A DNA stretch of 43,266 nucleotides from a virus (Duplodnaviria > Caudoviricetes): positions 1-43,266 of the IMG/VR virus record IMGVR_UViG_3300042814_000014. One strand, 5' to 3'. The position numbers and the translations under genes were made by a program. Position 1 is the stretch's first letter, and the number at the start of each line of letters is the position of its first letter. Shown piece after piece: positions 18,475 through 27,400 of this stretch. Under the pieces are notes generated by a model. The model was given only the letters and a program-made list of their open reading frames with translations. It made no database searches and had not been told where the DNA came from.

Positions 18475-21400
18475 ATGGCGGACATCCTCGAGGAGCAGCA
18501 GGGCATCGATCCCGCGGCGCCGGCCGCGGCCGGAACGTCGGCGCCGTCGCCCTACGATGAGACGCTGGCCATTCAGGACAGCCAGCGGCAGCAGAAGCTC
18601 CGCACGTCGCTGGTCCAAGCCGACAGCCAGACGCCGGACCGGGCGGCTGACGTGCAGCGCCTGGCCACGCAGACCGGCATCCCGTCCCAGATCATCGACC
18701 GCGATTACGACACCTACGCGAAGCGCGCGAAGTTTGTCAGCACGCCGTTCAACCAGATCGTCAAAGAGTCGCCGGCGCTGGCCACCTGGGCGAGCGAACC
18801 GCAACACGCGGCCGTCGCGCATGACGACATGGAGCAGCTCGGCGCGCTCGAGTGGATTCTCAAGACGCCGTCTCGCGCGGTCAGCCAGCAGCTCAACGCG
18901 CAGGGCTACGGCGCGCTCCGCACTAAATCGCTGTTCGGCGAGCTGACGCAGGAGGAGCACGACCAGCTCGAGAGCTACCGCGTTCACATGAACGACGGCG
19001 GCGAGCTGGGCGCTGGAAATTCCTGGTTCCGTGGCGCGGTCACGGGCAGCCTGAAGCTCCTGACGCAGCTCGCGAGCACGGTCCCGGTCTACGGCCTGGC
19101 CGGCGCGGCCGGCGGTGCGATCATCGGTGGAGCGGGCGGGACGTTAGTGGAGCCAGGCGGCGGGACCATCGTCGGCGCCGTCGCCGGCGCGCGGACCGGC
19201 TTCGCCGCGGGAAACCTCTACGGCAACGCTAAGATGGCCTTTCAGCTCGAGGCCGGCGGCGCGTATGACGAATACCTGGGGCTCCGCGACGAGTTCGGGC
19301 ATCCGATGGATCCGCAGGCCGCGAAGGTCGCCGCGCTGGCGACGGGCGCGATCAATGCCGGGCTGATGACCATCGGCGGCAGTGTCGTTCGGGCCGGGCT
19401 CGGCAAGGGCGCGGAGAAGCTGCTGGCCGGCGCGTTCACGCGGGACGCCATCACGGCCGCGCTCCGGCAGCCGACCGTCCGCGCCGCGCTCACCAACGCC
19501 CTGACCGAATACGGGAAGACGCTCGCCGAAGGCGACGCCATCGTCGTCGCGATGCGCGGCGTCAACATCCTGGCCGGCGAGATCGCGCGCTCGCAATCGA
19601 AGACACAGATGGCGCCCGGCCAGGTCGAGCAGGGCAACATCGATCTGTTCAAGCAGCCGGAAGTTCACAACGCGGACGGCTCGACGTCGACGGTCGACAC
19701 GGTCGGCGTCAACATCAACGGCAAGGAATACGTCTTGCCGACCGTCACGCCGGACGGCCGCCACCTGAAGACGGCCGACGAAGCGATCGCAGAGTTCCAA
19801 CGGACCGGCAAACACCTGGGCGCGTTCGAGACGCCCGACGCCGGCACGGCATTCGCGCAGCAGGTTCACGAAGATTTCGCCGCCGGCAAATACAAAAAGC
19901 CGGACGTCGGACAAGAGCTGCTCCACGCGGCAGCGTCCGGGCTGCAGACGTTCGCGATCGTCGGCGCACTGGGGCCCGCGATGGGCCTGGCGCACGACGC
20001 GCAACGCGCCATCCGGGCAGAACAGAACGCGAACGTGTTCAAGGCACTGGGCGAGGGCGCGAAAAACTCGAAGACTATCGCGCGCATGCCGGAGGCCGCG
20101 CAGCGGTTCCTCGAGACGGCCACCAAGGACGGCCCGGTCGAAACGATCTACGCGCCGGTCGAGACGTGGAACCAATACTGGCAATCCAAAGGCATCGACC
20201 CGGCACAGGTCGCCAGCGATGTCATCGGCTCACGAGACGCCTACATTCACGCCTCACAGCAGGGCGGCGACCTGGCCATCCCAACCGCGCGCTACGCGAC
20301 GAAGCTGGCGGCCACGGAGCATCATGCGTTTTTCGTCAACGAGCTGAGGCTCGGCCCGGACGAGATGAATGCGCGCGAGGGCAAGGCGTTCGCGGACCAG
20401 CTCGCCGCCAGCCAGGCCGCCGGCCAGGTTCAGGCGCCGGCCGAATCGCCGGTCCGTGGCGCCGTGCTCGAGCAGCTCACGGCTGCCGGCATCCCCACGG
20501 ATACCGCCCAACACTACGCCGACCTCTACGAATCGACCGTCTCCAGCTTGGCCGAACGGGCGGGCATCGACCCAACCGCCCTATATGAGCGGTATGGCCT
20601 GAAGGTCACACGGCCCGACCTCGAGGCGGCCGGCGCGGAGGGCCCGGCGAAGGCCCCAGCGGCGGCCGTGGCGGCCACGCCAGGCGAGACGGCGGAGCTG
20701 GCCGGCCTGCTGGGGCCTGGCGGATTCGCGGGCCCTGAGCGGCGCCAGACGGCCGGCGCGGCGCCTGGGGGCGTCGAGCGGCGTCAGGACCAGCCGCTCG
20801 ACCTGACCGACGTCGGCGCTGCCGCGGCCAGGATGCGGGCGGAGAACCCCAACATCGACAAGGAGGCGGCCAATCTCCGGGCCAGGGCTGCCGCGTCAAG
20901 GGCGCCGGCACCGCCTCGGACGCCCAAAGTAGGCGAATCAGCGCCCGGAGAGGTAGGATTTCACAATGCCGGACGACCCACAGAACCAGGGCCCGCCGAA
21001 GCTCGGCCAGGCTCCGCCTCTCAAGAAGGGCCGGGAGCTGGCGGTCGTCCTCGAGAACAGCCGCAAGCTGGTCAAAGCGGGATGGAGCAAGGAGCAGGCG
21101 CTGGCCACGTCGCTGAACCTGGCCGGCTACCGTCCCTCATCGACGCCGGTAGTCCCAGCGACATCTTCCAGCGAAGTAGTTCACTAGACGCCAGCAAGGC
21201 GCGCCTGACGCCGGAAGTCACGCGCGAGCTGCAGCGGATCGTCGACGAGCTGGAAACCTTCCCCCACACCGCCCGAACATGGACCTGGCTCACAGAGGAG
21301 CATGGGCTCCGCGGGAACGCGGCCGGCGGCCACGCGAACATCGTCGAGGGGTCGCCGGTGGCCGACGTCTATCACGACATCCTGAGCGTCTCGCCGCTGA

Positions 21401-24400
21401 ACCGGAAGGCCAAGAGCTTCATGCGCTCGAAGGCCCGCGGCACGACGATGCAGGTCCTGAACGCCGCGCGGCAGCTCCTGGCCACGGGCGAGGTCCACAA
21501 CAATCTGGCGGAGGGCGCGCTCCGCGTCGCCGAACATCGCAACGCCGGAGACTATGAGTTCCTGACCGGGCCGATGTTGCCGCCAACCTGGGGCGAGGAG
21601 CTGCCGGCGCACGTCGAGGCGCAGATGCGCCAGGCGCTCGAGGACTCGACCGCGCCGGGCGTCGACCTGCTGAACCCGGACAGCATCGGCAGTGAGGCGG
21701 AGATCCTCAACCCGCAGGGCCCGGTCGATACCAGCTTCAACATCAACGAGTTCAATCAATCGCTGTTCGACGAGGTCAAGCCGGTCGATCCGATCGTCGA
21801 CGAGCTGGCCACCGGCGAGCTGCAGCCGCGGCTCCCTGGCGCCGGCGATGTGCGCGGACAAGAGAACCCGACGCCGGCCGTCGCAGAGGCGCCGTTCGCC
21901 CTGACGCCGGAGATTCTGAAGCCACGAGCGGGCAAGCAGACGGAGCTGTTCCAGAGCGTCTATCACGGCACGCCGCACCGCTTCGAGGAGTTCAGTCTGC
22001 AGGCCATCGGCAGCGGCGAAGGCTACCAGGCATACGGCTGGGGGCTCTACTTCGCCGGCAACCGGGAGGTCGCTGAGTTCTATCGCGAGAAGCTGGCCGG
22101 TCCGGAGACGATGAAGCAGGCCGTCTATGACGGCACGCCGCTCTTTGACCGGGAGATTGGGCTCTACTATCACGCGCTCGACGAAAACGGATTCCCGTCG
22201 ACGAAGGCGCAGGATCCGCAGCTCGCCCGCGGCATCATGGAGGTCCACACCCGATCGCACTGGGAACCGCCCGGCAAGGACTGGGTTCCCCGCATGAAGG
22301 ACGCGCTCGAGCGCAGCGTCATCAACGTCGAGGCGCGTCTCGCCGAAGGCGGCACGTTCAGCGGAGACGTCAATCGCGATCGCTACGACCTGCAGAATTA
22401 CAAGGACGCGATCCGCGCGCTCGAGGTCTACGGCGACAAGCTCGAGATCCTGCCGCCGGAGAAGCCGGGCCATCTGCTCACGGTCGACGTCCCGGACGAC
22501 CAGCACTACCTCGATTACGACCGCCTGATCTCGCAGCAGTCGCCCGAAGTGCAGGCGAAGCTGCAAGCGATGGGCATCGACCTGGGCGAGCCGACGCACA
22601 TCCCGACCGCGGCCGAAGGGCTCGAAATATTCAACACGTCCGACCACGTTCGAGATATGTGGATGGAGGACATCGGGATCCGGGAGTCGCTGAAGGAGGG
22701 CCTGCACTACGCCCGCGAAGGCGACGATCGGCTGTTCGGACTCTGGTATGAGAAAAATATCAACTTCATGCGCGAGGAGGGCCGGACCGAAGATACCGGC
22801 TCCCAGCTCTACGACAGCCTGCAGCGTGATTGGCAGGCAAAGAACCGCCACAGCTCGATCGCCGAATCGGCCAAAGCCGCCAGCCTGACGCTCGCGTCGG
22901 CCGGCATCGCGGGGATCAAATACCTCGACGGCAACAGCCGGCGGAAGCTCGAGGGCTCGACGAATTACGTGCTGTTCGACCCGCGGCTGGCGAAGATCAC
23001 CGAATACAACCAGTCGCTGCCAGAGCTGACAGAGGACAACGTCCGGGCCTGGACGAAAGAGGTCAAGCAGAAGGCCGGCGCCGACCTGCAAGGCTTCAGC
23101 ATCGAGCTGCAGCCGAACGGCGATCTATTCCTCGAGTCGCTGATTGTCGACCGCGGCGCACAGCGGACCGGCATCGGCACGGCGGCCATGCAGGAGCTGA
23201 CGCGGTTCGCGGATCTGAACGGGCGCCGCATCACCCTGACGCCCGCGCACCGCAACGAGATCGGCCAGGGCGAACCGACATCGACCGGCCGGCTGGTCAA
23301 GTTCTACAAGCGATTCGGATTCGTCGAGAACGCCGGCCGCAACCGGAACATGGATCTGACGGCGGGCATGTATCGCGAGCCGACGCTCCCCGGCCCGCCG
23401 GACCCGACGGCGCCGGACGGCGGCAGTCTGATCGTGCAGCACAACCTCACGGCCGCGAACCTACTGCACGCGGAGAAGATGGGCGGCCTGGCCGTCCCGT
23501 CCCTGGCCGTCGCGAAGGCGCATGACAGCCTGGTCAACTTCGGCGAGATCACGCTGCTGGGCCCGAAGGATCTGGCCGACCCGAAGCAGGGCGCGAAGGT
23601 GTTCGGCGCCGACGTCTACAGTCCGCGGTATCCGACCGTCCATTACAAAATTCCCGCGGCCGGAGAGAAGCGGCTCGCGGCACTGTTTCGAGAGCAGAAG
23701 GCCGTCAGCGGCCAGAGCTACATCGATCTCGATTCGCTCCAAAAAGAGGGCGCGAAATATCTCGAGCAGTCGCCGGCCGTCCTGGCCGCGTTCCTGGCCA
23801 GCCAGGACATCACGGTCAAGCCGACGCTGAACAAAAACGGCAGCGTCGACCAGTTCGACACCCGCTACGAAATGCAGAAGGTTGTCGACGAGGGCGGCCA
23901 CGGACCGGCGTTCAAAGCCTACGCGGCGGACCTGTTCAAATCGCTCGACGCGACGGAGCGGATTTATAAAGGGTTCACAAACGCCGGCAACTACCGCTAT
24001 GAACCGCACACGCTCGAGCGCGTCGTCAAGACGCTGAAGAAGGATCTGCGCGGCGGCGAGTCGCAAGCGAACATCTACGGGGTTGGTCAGCTCCGATCGC
24101 AGTTTGCGCCGAAGTTCCGCAGTCTCGAGGGCGTCCGTAAGGCCGCCGATCGGATCGTGTCGGACGCGGACTTCGAAGTCGTCAAGGCGGAGGTCGAGGC
24201 GGACCTATTCACCATCAGCGACGCGCTCAAGAGCAGCTATACCCACGGCGACGCGAATCGGTTCGGATTCGTCGACACCGTCATGGCCGTCATGGCGGAC
24301 GCGCCGAAGCGGGGGCTCGAGAAGGCGCTGAAAGACTACGGGTTCGAGGACGTTCCGGCGGAGACGAAGAAGGCGATCGGCGACTACATCAACAAACTCC

Positions 24401-27400
24401 GCGATCTGCCAACTGAATACTTCGAGGTCAAACATCCTCGAGCGATGGCCGTCGACGAGTTCAGGGCCGCGGCGGTCCCAGAGGATATTAACCCGGAGGC
24501 ACGAGCCGCGCTCGAGCGCCGCGGGCTCGAGGTTGCCACGTATAGGCCGGGCGACCTGGCGGACCGGAAACGGGTCGTGCAGGAGCTGGCCACCAACAAC
24601 GATCTGTTGTTCCAGGACCAGGGCGGCACGAAGCGGGGATCGATTCGGTTCGGCCCTGATCGTCAATTCGAGATCCGGCTGCTCGAGCAGGCCGACCTAT
24701 CGACCTTCCTGCATGAGTCCGGGCATTTCTTCCTCGAGATCCTGGGCGACCTCAACGACACGCTGGGCCAGGTCGACCCGGAGAAGCTGACGCCGCAGCA
24801 GAAGCGGCTCCTGAGCGACTACGGCGGCACGCTGCAGGCGCTGGGCGTCGAGGGCCGGGATCAGATCGGCACGGCGCATCATGAGCAGTTCGCGAAGATG
24901 TTCGAGGCGTATCTCATGGAGGGCCGGGCGCCGACGCTCGAGCTACAGGGCGCGTTCTCTCGGTTCCGGGCCTGGCTGGTCAGCATCTATCGCTCGCTCT
25001 CGAATCTGAACGTCAAGCTGACGCCGGAGGTCCGCGGCGTGCTCGACCGCCTGGTCGCCAGCGATCGCGCGATTCAGGACGCCGAAGCGCGCCGCGGCGT
25101 TCCGCAGATGTTCCTGACGCCAGAACAGGCCGGCATGTCGCCGGCGGAGTTTGCGCTCTACCGCAACACGATCGAAGACGCCTCGAGGACGGCGCGCGAG
25201 GAGCTGGACAAGAAGCTGCTGGGAGAGGTCCAGCGGGAACAAACGCGCGTCTGGAAAGAGCAGCGCGCCGATGTGCAGCAGCGCGTCGAAGCGGACGTCT
25301 ACACCCGGCCGGAGTATCGGGCCCTGGCGGCCATTCAGCGCGGCACGCATCCGAACGGCGAGCCGTTGGTCGAGGGGCTCGAGACGCCGCCGATGCGTCT
25401 CTCGCGGGCGACACTGGTTGAGCGGTTCGGCCCGGAGCGCCTGAAGCGGCTGCCGCCATTTGTCTACTCGCGCGAGGGCGGGCTCGACCCGGAGACGGTC
25501 GCCGGCTTGTTCGGCTACTCGAGCGGCGACGAGTTACTGACCGCGCTCGAGAAGGCTGGGCCGATGCGCGCGGTCATCGAAGCGGAAACCTCGAGGACGA
25601 TGATCGCGGAACACGGCAGCCTGCTGCTCGACGGCACGCTGCACGAAGCCGCGCAGGGCGCGATCGCGAATGAGGACCGGGAGTTCGTCATCCGGAAGGA
25701 GCTGAAGGCCCTGGCACAGCTCCGCCGGACCGTGACGCCGTTCCAGCAATTCGAGCGTGCTCAGGGCCAGGATGCGCTGGCGGCCGAACAGGCAGAGCGG
25801 GCGTATGAACGCCGGTGGATGGACGCGGAGCACAAGCTCAACGTCGCGATGGCAGAGGGCCGGAAGCAGGTCGAGATCGACGCGCTGCAGGACGAAGTCA
25901 GCAACCTGAAGCGGAAGGCCCGCGGCGGCGCTGCGCAGATCAATGCGGCGATCCCGCCGGCGGCCGTGCTGAAGGAGAACGCAGAGGCGCGGATCGCCGG
26001 CCTGCCGATCCGGGGCATCAAGGCCGAAGCGTTTTGGTCTGCCTCGAGGCGCGCGGCGCAGCAGGCGATCGACCGTGCGGCGCGTCAGGACTTCGACGGC
26101 GCCATCATCGCGAAGCAGCAAGAGCTGATCAATCTGGCGCTCTACCGGGCCGCGGAGCGCGTCCAGGAAGACCTCGAGGACCGCGTCCGCTACGCGCAGG
26201 GCCTGAGTCAGACGCCGGCGCGCAAGCGGCTGGGGCTCGCCGGCGCGAACTACCTCGAACAGATCGACGGCATCCTCGATCGGTTCGAGTTTGCGCGTAT
26301 CAGCCAGAAGCAGCTCGACAAGCGGGCCAACATTCGGGCGTTCGCCGATGGGCTTGAGAGCCAGGGCTACACCGTCGAGATTCCGGAGTCGGTCCTCGAC
26401 GAAGCTCGGCGGAAGAATTACCAGGAGCTGACGGTCGAGGAGTTCATGGGCGTCACGGACGCCCTGAAGCAGATCGAACATCTGGCCACGCTGAAGAATC
26501 GGCTCCTGAAAGCGGCCGACGCGCGAGAGTTCGCCGTCGTCCGGGACGCCGTCGTCTCAGTGATCCGAGAGAAGAATCCGGCGAACCCGCTCCCGCTCGA
26601 GTTCCGACCCGGCGACGAGCGCATGCGGCACGTCAGCGACTGGTTCGCGTCGCATCGCAAGATGAGCGACATCGCGCAGCAGCTCGACGGCTACGCGGAC
26701 GGCGGGCCCGTCTGGGAGGCGTTCATCCGGCCGATCAACGAGGCGGCCGACGTGCAGGCCGCGCGGTTTGCGGACAGCGGCGGCAAGCTGCAGGACATCC
26801 TCGAGCGCGCCTACCCAAAGGGCGAGCTGGGCACGCTCCACGAAAAGCTGCACATTCCCGCGATCGGCGGATCACTCTCGAAAGAGGCGCGCCTGGCCGT
26901 CGCGCTCAATTGGGGCAACGAGACGAGTCGGCAGCGGCTGACCTCAGACCCGGTCCGGCGCTGGAACCAGCAGCAGGTCGAGGCGATCCTCGAGACGCTC
27001 GACCGTCGCGATTGGGCTTTCGTGCAAGACGTGTGGAAATTTGTCGATAGCTTTTGGCCGGAGATTGCAGCGAAGCAGGAGCGCGTCGTCGGCGTGCCGC
27101 CGGAGAAGGTCGAGGGCATCCCCGTCCGGACGAAGTTTGGTGAGATCCAGGGCGCCTACTATCCGCTCAAATACGACAGCCGGCTCTCGCAGCGCGCCGC
27201 GCAGAACGAGGCGGCCAGCCAGGCGAAGCTCGGCACGCAGGCGGCGTATGTGCGCTCGACGACGAAGCGCGGCCATACGGAGACGCGGCTGCAGAACGTC
27301 AAGCTGCCGGTCCGCCTTGAGCTGGGCGTCATGTTCGAGCACGTCGAGCAGGTCGTTCACGATCTCACGCATCACGAGATGCTGATCGACACGACGCGCC

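Noticed and set aside
20734-20790. Two ERRQ motifs suggesting c-di-GMP-related signalling
   Set aside because: No GGDEF or PilZ domain follows; too short to support a call
1320-23091. Long minus-strand ORFs (e.g. 1320-2615, 6864-7946, 12322-13656, 17734-18987, 21184-23091)
   Set aside because: Antisense shadows of GC3-rich plus-strand genes; Arg/Ala/Val-rich translations without motifs or SD
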